A DNA stretch of 64,000 nucleotides from a virus. Both the position numbers and the translations under genes were made by a program. The notes below the pieces were generated by a model that worked only from the letters and a program-made list of their open reading frames with translations, searched no databases and was not told the origin of the DNA. Location of the stretch: the IMG/VR virus record IMGVR_UViG_3300033233_000019, positions 1 through 64,000 of that record; one strand, given 5' to 3'. Positions within the stretch are counted from its first letter, which is position 1; the number at the start of each line of letters is the position of its first letter. Below are positions 55,856-64,000 of this stretch, one piece after another.

Positions 55856-58800
55856 TCAAATCGGGTTATCTGGTGGTCAGCCACAAAAACAAACCAGATT
55901 CGCACCACTATATACTGGCAGATGGAGTTCAGGTTTATGGACTAATCGTTCTCCTCTTCGTGATGGCAACACATCGCGCATCGTGGAAAAGTTCTATGGT
56001 GCTGCGGGTGATGCTCTGATCGACGGCCTGAACGTTGAAATCACAAACAGACTGACATTGGCTCGTAGACCGGGCAATCCAGTGTTCGATTCAAACACCT
56101 ACACTGGTGTTGACAACATCCAAGCATTCAGCATGTTCTCTCCGACTACGGAGCAGATCGATGTGATGATTGACGAAGCTAATCAGCTTTCGTCTCTGTT
56201 CGGCGGCGTTAAGTCACTCGTATGGAATAAGAGTGTTGGCGCTGGACAGACATACATGCAGCCAGTTGGCAACAGTCTGTATTTTGCCAACGGCATTGAC
56301 AACAAGAAATGGCTCCAAAGTCTAGTGACTTGGGCCGCAAGCACACAATGGAACGGGCCAACATCGCCCTACATGACTACGTTTCTGATTGATTCCAACG
56401 GGAACATTCAGCAATTGACTGCTTGCATCATCGGCATCACTTCGACAACTGTAGCCAGCGGTGTCCTGACTGTGACTGCCACAGAGACATTGCAGCCCGG
56501 TGGTCTACTGAGCGATCTTGTGACACCCGGCTTGCAGGTAAAGTTTCCTGCGGCTCTAGCGGCAACAACTCTTCAAGGATTGATAGTCACCGTTGACACA
56601 GTTAGCGGTTTGACATTCACTGCAAAAGTCACCCTTGCCAACTACGCTTCGACTCCTGAGACTGCCAAAACGATGAACGTGTTTGGCGGCTTTCCGGTTT
56701 CTGGTGTAGGCGTTCCAACATGGTCAACAACTCCACTGACGCCCGGTATGGCAACGCCATCCGATGCCCTCACGCTTGATGGAACAGTTCAGTGGACTAA
56801 TCGCGGTACTCCGGTTGAGAATTGGGGCATCAAACCGCCCACAACGACAATGCCGAAGCCGGGACTCAACTCTTCGCGTGTCGCGTGGAACACGAATACA
56901 TTCTACTCCAATCCGGGTGTGATCATCGACGCTAACGGGAACATTCAGTTAGTCACCATCGATGGCATTTCTGGTGCCTCAGTACCTACATGGGGAACGA
57001 ACGTCAACGATCTAACGGTTGATGGTGGAGTAACGTGGAAACTTATCCAGAAGGCTCCTTTAGGATGGGCCGCTGGAACAGCATATACGCCGGGAGTATT
57101 TGTCACTGGCGCAACAGCCGGAACAGGCACATGTTTGTTTCGCCTTCGAGCCTTCTCACAGCCATTGCTCAAGAACGGCAACATCGACGTTTGGACGTGG
57201 AATCACGATCATAGTCGCGGTGTTGGATCGTTCGCTCTTTTGGCTCCCGTGGTAGCTGGCGTTTCAAACGCTGGTACTCACACCACAACCAACACTTATG
57301 TTGGACATGCAACAGTCAATTGCATTTCAAAGACAACCCCAGTATCTTCTTCTCCCGGTAACGGCGATGATGGATTTTGGGATCAGCAAAGCAACGCTGG
57401 TGAGTGGGTTAGCAATAGCCGTATCTATGCGCCGCACGCTGACACGAGCAGTGTCATTAGCGGCACGCTAACCGTTGGAGTACCCGGACAGTATACTTTC
57501 GCGCTGAATCACCATGATGGTTGTTTCATCGGCTTTGGTGGCGGCGCAACGAAAGTGTCTGGCGTGCTCATCGACGACGCAGCGGTTTCCCCTGCCAGAA
57601 CCACAACAGCAATGTTCGGTTATCCGATCTTTGGTGGTACTGACACTGGTCTATCAGGAAACGCAATCTGGAATGACACGGTTACAGTCAATTTTCCTGT
57701 AGCTGGTGACTATCCGTTTGAAATCGACTATGCGTACTGGTATCACTCTTCGTCGCACACTGAGCAGCCTGTAATGAAAGGTGCTCCCAACTCCGAAGTG
57801 TACATGGAAATGGTTTGCAACGGCAAGACCATCATTCCTACCACACCAGTGAGCGGTGCGACACAACCTATTTGGCCGGATTGGACAACTGCTTTTGCAG
57901 CATACGATTCGACTGCGAACGACACAAAATACCCCACAGTAACCGATGCATCTGGAACAATGGTTTGGGAAAATCTTGGGCCAGTAACCGATTATGTGTG
58001 GGTGGCAACAACCACATTCACGCTGCCAAATCAGATCATCATTGATCCTAACGGCAACCAGCAAGCGCCGTATCGAACAGGCGTAACTGGTTCCGATGCC
58101 TCAACTGAACCTTCAGTGTGGGCAACAGGAATCGGGCAACTGACCAACGACAATCCCAACCTTATATGGATATGTCATGGTGGAGCATCCTCGTCCGCGT
58201 TAGGTGGAACGTTAAGCACGTTCTCCGATCAAGGATGGGAGTATTGCATCGCTTTGGTTAACACGCTGGACAACACTGTGTCGAACTGTGGTAAGTTGTC
58301 AGTCGGAACAGGAAAAATCATCGGCGCGAAGAGTTTGAACTTTGCGGCTGGTGACGGTCTTCCTCCTGCATCGCAGATCGATCCACAGGTCGATTATGTG
58401 GCGATATTCAGAACGACTGACGGTTTGGGCGTGCCGTTCTTGATTCCGGGGTTGGAGAATAACACCTTCTACACAATCTCACTGGCAGAATATCTGGCAA
58501 ACGGATACTCTGATACGACACCGGATACGTCGCTCGACAACCTTATTCAAGGCCCGATTTCGGGAGAAAACACTCCTCCCGCTGGCGGCGCTCAGAATTT
58601 GACGTACCATTTGAACCGCATCTTCTTCAGCGTTGGCAACGTGGTCTACTGGACTTCTGGCCCGGACGATCCCATTGGCAACGGTCTGAACGGTGTGTCA
58701 CCTTTGAACTTCGACCAATTACCGTCGCTGGTAAAGCGCATTGTGCCAACTGGATTGGGAGCACTGGTATTCACAGTTTCCGATATCTTCATCATCAACG

Positions 58801-59663
58801 GAACTGGAACGTCAAACAATCCTATCCAGAGTGCTCAACCGTTTATCTCTGGTATTGGTCTGCTGAGTTACAACGCTTTGGCGCTCAAGGGAACAACGAT
58901 TGGCATGTTCACTACGGACAAGCAATTCTTGATCCTTGACCCGACGAGCGGCGTTTCAATCGCTGGATTCCCAATCGGTGATCGTCTTCGCAAGAACAAC
59001 GGTCAGCCGGGAACAGCATGGAACCCTAAGAATGTGTATGTGACGTGGCACGCTAACGGCGAAGACCACGCATGGTATCTTTCGGATGGAGCGAACGGTT
59101 GGTACAAACTAATCGACACTCCTGCTCCTGAAGACCCCGGACACTACACATGGTCGCCATTCGCTAACATCGTTGGCGGTTGCAAGGCTGTCTTGAGTAT
59201 CGAAGTTAGTCCCGGTGTTCACGAATTGTTGCTTGGCCCAACAGGGTCAGGAGAGATTCTGCACAGAGACTTGACTACATTCACGGACGGTGCAAGCAGC
59301 ACGTATGGCGCTTGGGCGGTTATTGGTTCGGCTGTGTTAGCACAACCGGGTCAAGTTGCCGAAGTCATGTTTATCACAACTGAGTCAGTTCGGACTGGTA
59401 CTTCGCTTACGTTGGGAATTTTGGTTGACGAAGCGTTACCGTACTACACTGGCCCATTTGAAATATTGAAAGTTTGGGAAGACGATCCTACGGGTATTCC
59501 ACCAAGCCGTTCAATATTTGGTCAGAGATTCTACATGTCAGAATCGAAAGACAAGCCAGCAATTTGCCGCCACATGCAGTTCCAGATTAATTGGGTGAAG
59601 GAAGAAGTAGCAAGCGAACTTCTGACGCTCACAGTATTCGGTGCGTACAACCAAGAAAGTTAA
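55848..59663 (+). CDS. tail tubular B / nozzle protein with inserted PA14-like and Trp-repeat modules
   Basis: N-terminal L.RRPG; LYFANG; RIFFS..N.VYWTS; PA14-like GQYTFALNHHDG...GDYPFEIDY. Confidence 0.7.
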   Translation: MPNQIGLSGGQPQKQTRFAPLYTGRWSSGLWTNRSPLRDGNTSRIVEKFYGAAGDALIDGLNVEITNRLTLARRPGNPVFDSNTYTGVDNIQAFSMFSPTTEQIDVMIDEANQLSSLFGGVKSLVWNKSVGAGQTYMQPVGNSLYFANGIDNKKWLQSLVTWAASTQWNGPTSPYMTTFLIDSNGNIQQLTACIIGITSTTVASGVLTVTATETLQPGGLLSDLVTPGLQVKFPAALAATTLQGLIVTVDTVSGLTFTAKVTLANYASTPETAKTMNVFGGFPVSGVGVPTWSTTPLTPGMATPSDALTLDGTVQWTNRGTPVENWGIKPPTTTMPKPGLNSSRVAWNTNTFYSNPGVIIDANGNIQLVTIDGISGASVPTWGTNVNDLTVDGGVTWKLIQKAPLGWAAGTAYTPGVFVTGATAGTGTCLFRLRAFSQPLLKNGNIDVWTWNHDHSRGVGSFALLAPVVAGVSNAGTHTTTNTYVGHATVNCISKTTPVSSSPGNGDDGFWDQQSNAGEWVSNSRIYAPHADTSSVISGTLTVGVPGQYTFALNHHDGCFIGFGGGATKVSGVLIDDAAVSPARTTTAMFGYPIFGGTDTGLSGNAIWNDTVTVNFPVAGDYPFEIDYAYWYHSSSHTEQPVMKGAPNSEVYMEMVCNGKTIIPTTPVSGATQPIWPDWTTAFAAYDSTANDTKYPTVTDASGTMVWENLGPVTDYVWVATTTFTLPNQIIIDPNGNQQAPYRTGVTGSDASTEPSVWATGIGQLTNDNPNLIWICHGGASSSALGGTLSTFSDQGWEYCIALVNTLDNTVSNCGKLSVGTGKIIGAKSLNFAAGDGLPPASQIDPQVDYVAIFRTTDGLGVPFLIPGLENNTFYTISLAEYLANGYSDTTPDTSLDNLIQGPISGENTPPAGGAQNLTYHLNRIFFSVGNVVYWTSGPDDPIGNGLNGVSPLNFDQLPSLVKRIVPTGLGALVFTVSDIFIINGTGTSNNPIQSAQPFISGIGLLSYNALALKGTTIGMFTTDKQFLILDPTSGVSIAGFPIGDRLRKNNGQPGTAWNPKNVYVTWHANGEDHAWYLSDGANGWYKLIDTPAPEDPGHYTWSPFANIVGGCKAVLSIEVSPGVHELLLGPTGSGEILHRDLTTFTDGASSTYGAWAVIGSAVLAQPGQVAEVMFITTESVRTGTSLTLGILVDEALPYYTGPFEILKVWEDDPTGIPPSRSIFGQRFYMSESKDKPAICRHMQFQINWVKEEVASELLTLTVFGAYNQES

Positions 59664-59665
59664 CA

Positions 59666-60367
59666 ATGGCAACATTAAAAGAATCCTTGGCAACCGATTT
59701 AACGGGTTACGAGCCAGTTGACGTATCCAAGAACTTTGGACTCCCTCCAATGAGGGAAGGTCAACCTACTAAGAATCCGTTTCTTCGCTGTCCAATGCCA
59801 CCTGTTACGGTTACGCCGGATTCTCTTCGACAGTACTATATCGGGGGTCAGGTTCCTCAATTTCGTATCTTGACTCCCAACAACAACCAAAGTGGCGGCG
59901 GCAATGGTGGCGGAACAACAATCGTTGGCGGCGGCGGTACGGTAGTTACTCCCGCAGCCGGATCAAGTTCCACACCAGCAGCTATTGCAGCAACATCAGT
60001 ATCGTTTACGACTCCGAACCTGAATAACGGCCAGACATACGAAGCAATTCTGCCCATGTCTAAATCGTTCCAGCTTCTTCAGCTTGCCGCAAACGATACA
60101 TGCCGTGTTGAGATATACGGAAACGGCACAGCACAGAACAACGATCTGGCACGCGCACTCGATGCACCACCGCTGCCGGGATCACAGCAGGACTTGATCA
60201 CGGACGTTGTGCTCGACACAGCGCCGTTCAAATGGACATTCCAGAATCGAGTGGGAGCCAATTCGGACAGCCCGCAGCAATCATTGATCTACATCACGAT
60301 CACTAATCTTGATGTTAGTAGCATGACGATTACGATTACGCTGTTCTATGTGCCGCTTGAAAGCTAA
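59666..60367 (+). CDS. tail-associated protein
   Basis: Gly linker plus beta domain. Confidence 0.6.
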   Translation: MATLKESLATDLTGYEPVDVSKNFGLPPMREGQPTKNPFLRCPMPPVTVTPDSLRQYYIGGQVPQFRILTPNNNQSGGGNGGGTTIVGGGGTVVTPAAGSSSTPAAIAATSVSFTTPNLNNGQTYEAILPMSKSFQLLQLAANDTCRVEIYGNGTAQNNDLARALDAPPLPGSQQDLITDVVLDTAPFKWTFQNRVGANSDSPQQSLIYITITNLDVSSMTITITLFYVPLES

Positions 60368-60369
60368 TT

Positions 60370-60639
60370 ATGAATCGTGAAATCACAAGTTCGTTGTGGC
60401 CCTTGACGGGTGATGTGGATGCTGAAGCGGGTAACACGTTAGTCCGCGTTATCGGCATTCAAGGTCGAACCGTTGACAATCCGACGCTGTTTGGCGGCGA
60501 ACACATCGCCTACGATCCAGTGACAAACCATTGGATACCCTTTCTTGAGGCAACGATCCAAGTGAACGGTATGACGGTCAGCGATGATCCATACATCAGT
60601 GTCAATGTGCCAAAGCCAGTTTTGGTGAACGGTTCCTAA
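60370..60639 (+). CDS. small tail-associated protein
   Basis: LTGDV...V.GIQG fibre-like motif. Confidence 0.55.
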   Translation: MNREITSSLWPLTGDVDAEAGNTLVRVIGIQGRTVDNPTLFGGEHIAYDPVTNHWIPFLEATIQVNGMTVSDDPYISVNVPKPVLVNGS

Positions 60640-61013
60640 TGACTAAAAATCAGAGGAATAGCTACATGCGGGAATACAGCAAACGTTGGAAACCCGGCTG
60701 TGATTTCAACAAAAACAGAAATCTAAAGCACAAATACGGGATCACACTGGATCAATATCAACAGATGTTGGTTTTGCAAAATAATTTGTGCTTGTTGTGC
60801 AAACAGACTTTTGATTTTAACGACAACGTTGGTTATGGCAGTCCAGTAATAGACCACGATCACGGCTGCTGTTCTGGAACTAAGTCTTGCGGAAAATGCA
60901 TTCGTGGAGTGATTCATCGCCGTTGCAATATCGGCTTAGGAGCGTTTTCGGACGACGCTGTGCAATTGAGACTAGCCGCTGAATATTTGGAGAAATTCAA
61001 TGTTAAATCTTAA
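60639..61013 (+). CDS. endonuclease VII-family protein
   Basis: YGITLDQY..Q...CLLC..IDHDHGCC...CGKCIRG..H.RCN.GLG. Confidence 0.85.
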   Translation: MTKNQRNSYMREYSKRWKPGCDFNKNRNLKHKYGITLDQYQQMLVLQNNLCLLCKQTFDFNDNVGYGSPVIDHDHGCCSGTKSCGKCIRGVIHRRCNIGLGAFSDDAVQLRLAAEYLEKFNVKS

Positions 61014-61416
61014 CGATACAACTCCTGCGGCACAGGCAGGATATCAGAATGGCGTATGGCAGGAAGATTCCTCTGGCAACGCTTCAATTGCTATGAAGTT
61101 CCAAGGCTTCGGCGGCAAGACAACAATCGCCCCGGTAGCTGGCGCATTGACTGTTGATTGCTCATTAGCAAACAGCTTCTATATCAATGTGAATGCAGCG
61201 ATCACATCTATGAACATCACCAACCCGGTTGACGGGCAGGAGATTACAATTCTGTGGGTTCAGGATGGCACTGGACATGCAATTGTGCTGGCAGGAAACA
61301 TGCAAGGTGCGACTGCACCGACGACAACCGCCAACAAAGTAAGCTGCCAAAAGTTCACGTACAACACTGGCAACGGCAACTGGTACGCAGTTTCCGCTGG
61401 CGTTGTAAACATGTAA
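61000..61416 (+). CDS. tail fibre tip-like protein
   Basis: VDCS..N.F...NP.DGQ.I...QDGTG motif typical of fibre C-termini. Confidence 0.6.
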   Translation: MLNLNDTTPAAQAGYQNGVWQEDSSGNASIAMKFQGFGGKTTIAPVAGALTVDCSLANSFYINVNAAITSMNITNPVDGQEITILWVQDGTGHAIVLAGNMQGATAPTTTANKVSCQKFTYNTGNGNWYAVSAGVVNM

Positions 61417-61424
61417 GGAGAGAC

Positions 61425-61829
61425 ATGGTAACAACACGATGGATTCAGCCGGAAGACCACGACTTGATTACTGAGTCGCTAAAGACCGACGAGTATCACT
61501 TCGGAAATGAAGCCGATTTTTTCTATGATCCAGATACCTGTTGCAACGTCTACGAAGACGAAAACGGGCCGATCATGTATTTGAGGGGATACGTCGATTC
61601 CCAAGTCGGTGAGAGAAGCGTTTGTATCGATATTCAGTTCTTGTCGAACATCGACGCGAGACGCAATATGGAAGCACTGCTGTTCGCCAACAAGTATTTC
61701 GTGGCAAACTGCAAAGAGCAAGGATTTGAAGAACTGGTCTTCAGTACCAAGTCTACAAGACTGAAGAAATTTTGCACGAAGTATCTTGGCTTTGCCGAAG
61801 TAGATGGCAAAATGCATAAGGTTTTATAA
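61425..61829 (+). CDS. GNAT-like / internal virion-associated protein
   Basis: AGGAG RBS; position before ejection genes; C-terminal F...LGF. Confidence 0.45.
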   Translation: MVTTRWIQPEDHDLITESLKTDEYHFGNEADFFYDPDTCCNVYEDENGPIMYLRGYVDSQVGERSVCIDIQFLSNIDARRNMEALLFANKYFVANCKEQGFEELVFSTKSTRLKKFCTKYLGFAEVDGKMHKVL

Positions 61830-61897
61830 CTGCCAGCTTAATTACCTGTGCAGCGGGGAGTGCCCTTTCACTCCCCAATTTTCTAAAGGGAGAAATC

Positions 61898-62314
61898 ATG
61901 AAAATGTCTAAATGTCACCCAAATAGATTACATTGGGGAAAAGGATTATGCAAAAGGTGTTGGAGTAAAAAGTGGTACGCTCAGAACAAAGCAAAATGGG
62001 AGCGATACTATCAGAAAAACAAGATAAGAATTTGCAAACGAGTAAAACTTCGTGCCAAAAGTATACCGGATAGGCATATTGTGGAAAGATACGGCATTAC
62101 TTTGGAACGCTGGATTGAAATATTTGAAAATCAAGGCCAAGTTTGTGCTATATGCAAAACTGGCAAACCTAACGGACGTGGATGGCATACTGACCACGAT
62201 CACGACACTGACAAGGTGAGAGGCATATTATGCCACCACTGCAATGTCGGTATAGGAAACTTAAAAGATAGCATTGAGCTATTAAACAGTGCTATAAGCT
62301 ATTTAAGAGAATAA
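61898..62314 (+). CDS. endonuclease VII-family protein
   Basis: YGIT...Q...CAIC...HTDHDH.TDKVRGILCHHCNVGIG. Confidence 0.88.
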   Translation: MKMSKCHPNRLHWGKGLCKRCWSKKWYAQNKAKWERYYQKNKIRICKRVKLRAKSIPDRHIVERYGITLERWIEIFENQGQVCAICKTGKPNGRGWHTDHDHDTDKVRGILCHHCNVGIGNLKDSIELLNSAISYLRE

Positions 62315-62322
62315 GAGGGCAC

Positions 62323-63180
62323 GTGGGATTTTGCGGCGGTAATGTTTCAAGTCAAGAAAAAACGGCGCAAGCTAATCAGGCTGCATTGTCGAACACATTG
62401 ACGCAACAGGCACAGACAATCATGGGTGCCAGTTCCAAAGTGTTCAACGACCTGATCGCTGCATTTGCGCCTATCGTGGCGGCAGGGCCATATCAGGAAG
62501 GCTTCTCGCTCTCCCAATTGGCCGAAATGAAATCTCAGGCGGTCACGCAGACAGGCGTTGCTGCTCGAAATGCCATGACTGCGGTCAAGCAAGCTGCATC
62601 TGCCCAAGGCGGCGGAAACATCCCGCTTCCCGGTGGTGCGACAATCGGCGCTGAAATTGGTGTTGCCAATGCTGCCGCTCAGACGGGCGCAGCGCAGCTA
62701 ACAGGCATCGACCTTGCAAGCAAAGAGCAAGGTCTGAAGAACTTCTATGCTGCCGCTGGTGTACTTGGCGGTGCTCCCGGCGCAGCTTTCGGTGTGGCTA
62801 ACCAAGCGGGTCAGGTGGCAACAGGCGCAGCAGCGGCCTCTGCGCAGACAGCCGAAGATATCACAAAGGTTCAAAACCAGCCCGGATGGGGTCTTAGCTT
62901 GCTGAGTGCAGCTTCCTCCCTTGGCGGCGCGGCAATCGGCAAGTGGTGCTGGATTGCTGAAGCACTATACGGTGTTGACGCTCCGAAGACGATATTGGTT
63001 CGTAAGTGGATCAATAACGTTTACGCGAAGACGTTCGTTGGTAAGATCGTGTTGTTCTTCTACGGTCTGCTTGGCAAACAGGTTGCCAAGTTAGTCAAAG
63101 TTAGTCCTATGTTGCAGCGGGTTTTCCACCCGATTTTCGACAAGGCGCTGGCAAAGGCAGAAGCATTCTACAAGGAATAA
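62323..63180 (+). CDS. Ala/Gly/Gln-rich ejection protein with C-terminal CFI-box-CTERM-like domain
   Basis: Low-complexity helical body, then CWIAEALYG...VRKW...Y.KT.VGK....FY...G..VA. Confidence 0.65.
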   Translation: MGFCGGNVSSQEKTAQANQAALSNTLTQQAQTIMGASSKVFNDLIAAFAPIVAAGPYQEGFSLSQLAEMKSQAVTQTGVAARNAMTAVKQAASAQGGGNIPLPGGATIGAEIGVANAAAQTGAAQLTGIDLASKEQGLKNFYAAAGVLGGAPGAAFGVANQAGQVATGAAAASAQTAEDITKVQNQPGWGLSLLSAASSLGGAAIGKWCWIAEALYGVDAPKTILVRKWINNVYAKTFVGKIVLFFYGLLGKQVAKLVKVSPMLQRVFHPIFDKALAKAEAFYKE

Positions 63181-63182
63181 TT

Positions 63183-64000
63183 ATGGCAGAAGAAACTGAA
63201 CAGAAAATCGACAGTCCCACAGTTGAGCCGACTGAAGAAACGACAGACAACAATCAGCAAGCTGAAGCTGATGTTCAGCCGAAGGAAGAGTCTACTTCAG
63301 GCGCAGAGGACAAGACTGCCGCTTCTGAACCCGCTACTGCACAGCGCATGATTGGTGCGCGTGAAGATAACGCACAGTACGCCAATGCTCCGACGTATTC
63401 ATCGGACGAGGCTGTCAGCACTGTTTCTCAACAGTTGTCGCCTGAGCAGCAAAAGATGATGGCGCAGCGTGCAGCAGAGCATGAAGCTATCGATCATACC
63501 GCGAGTAAGTGGAGACATGCAGCCGAAGCTATGGCTGGCGGTGAAGCCACTACCTACAAGTATGACGCTGCAACCGGAGAACTGAAGTCCGAAAAGAAGC
63601 CGTTGACCAAAGGCCAGATTATGATAGGCATTCTTGCCAACGTGTTAGGCGGCATGGGTGCTGGCGCAGGTGCGCGTAATCCGGCTGAAGCCATCGGTCA
63701 AGGATTCCAGTACGGTGCCAATCAGGTGAAACAGCGTGACGAACAGGCACGTCAGCAAGCGACTGACGACTGGAAGCGTCGTGTTCAGACTATTCAGACT
63801 AACTTTCAGATTCACCAGAACGAAATGGCTCAGAACAAATTGGGATGGGACGCCAGCATGGAAGATGTTAAGCTTGGCGCTCCGCTCTACAAGATGCTGA
63901 CCGATGGTGAAGCTGCTGGTGAGTTCAAGGACGAAAACGGCAAGCCGATCAAGGTCATTCAGAAAATCATTTCAGGCAGCGATTTCCAGAAGGAAATTGC
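63183..64000 (+). CDS. ejection / internal virion protein (partial, runs off right end)
   Basis: Open frame from ATG 63183 with AAGGA RBS; acidic N-terminus and Gly/Ala-rich helix. Confidence 0.65.
   Translation, partial: MAEETEQKIDSPTVEPTEETTDNNQQAEADVQPKEESTSGAEDKTAASEPATAQRMIGAREDNAQYANAPTYSSDEAVSTVSQQLSPEQQKMMAQRAAEHEAIDHTASKWRHAAEAMAGGEATTYKYDAATGELKSEKKPLTKGQIMIGILANVLGGMGAGAGARNPAEAIGQGFQYGANQVKQRDEQARQQATDDWKRRVQTIQTNFQIHQNEMAQNKLGWDASMEDVKLGAPLYKMLTDGEAAGEFKDENGKPIKVIQKIISGSDFQKEI

Noticed and set aside
1-64000. CRISPR array, DGR/retron, stop-codon recoding, inteins or group I introns
   Set aside because: No regularly spaced repeats and no reverse transcriptase; long genes are intact under code 11 with TAG/TGA used as stops; PolA, RNR and TerL show no obvious intein or intron insertions

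Overview
The window is a continuous 64 kb segment of a large tailed dsDNA bacteriophage with podovirus-like morphogenesis (P22-like portal, scaffold, N4-gp56-like capsid, tail tubular/nozzle and ejection proteins). It uses the standard genetic code. The host may be Acidobacteriota, but that is only an inference. Layout: (i) 1-16.6 kb minus-strand early/accessory arm with sigma70-type promoters (ABC-ATPase/GNAT fusion, Cas4-like nuclease, PRTase, minimal tyrosine recombinase, RlpA, MoxR AAA+/VWA pair); (ii) 16.6-18.1 kb non-coding divergence region; (iii) 18.2-20.5 kb secreted Ig/Fn3 proteins and eroded tRNA-like elements; (iv) 20.6-32.3 kb minus-strand nucleotide-metabolism/replication arm (tRNA-Thr, Acb2/Tad1-like sponge, dCMP deaminase, class II RNR, tmRNA, PolA, primase-helicase, SSB); (v) 32.7-64 kb plus-strand glycosyltransferase cluster, JAB protease, phosphatase, terminase and virion genes. 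About 13 free-standing HNH/EndoVII endonucleases are interspersed. The most striking content is non-coding. Four related type II pseudoknotted hammerhead ribozymes sit at gene boundaries of the MoxR/VWA operon, so self-cleavage would cut the polycistron into one- or two-gene units with ligatable ends. There is also a circularly permuted two-piece tmRNA with a 36-codon tag, a ~175-nt 6S-like rod RNA with its own promoter, a ~400-nt multi-stem RNA, and recurrent hairpin motifs in the capsid operon. All RNA structures were folded by eye and protein calls rest on motif recognition; no database searches were run.
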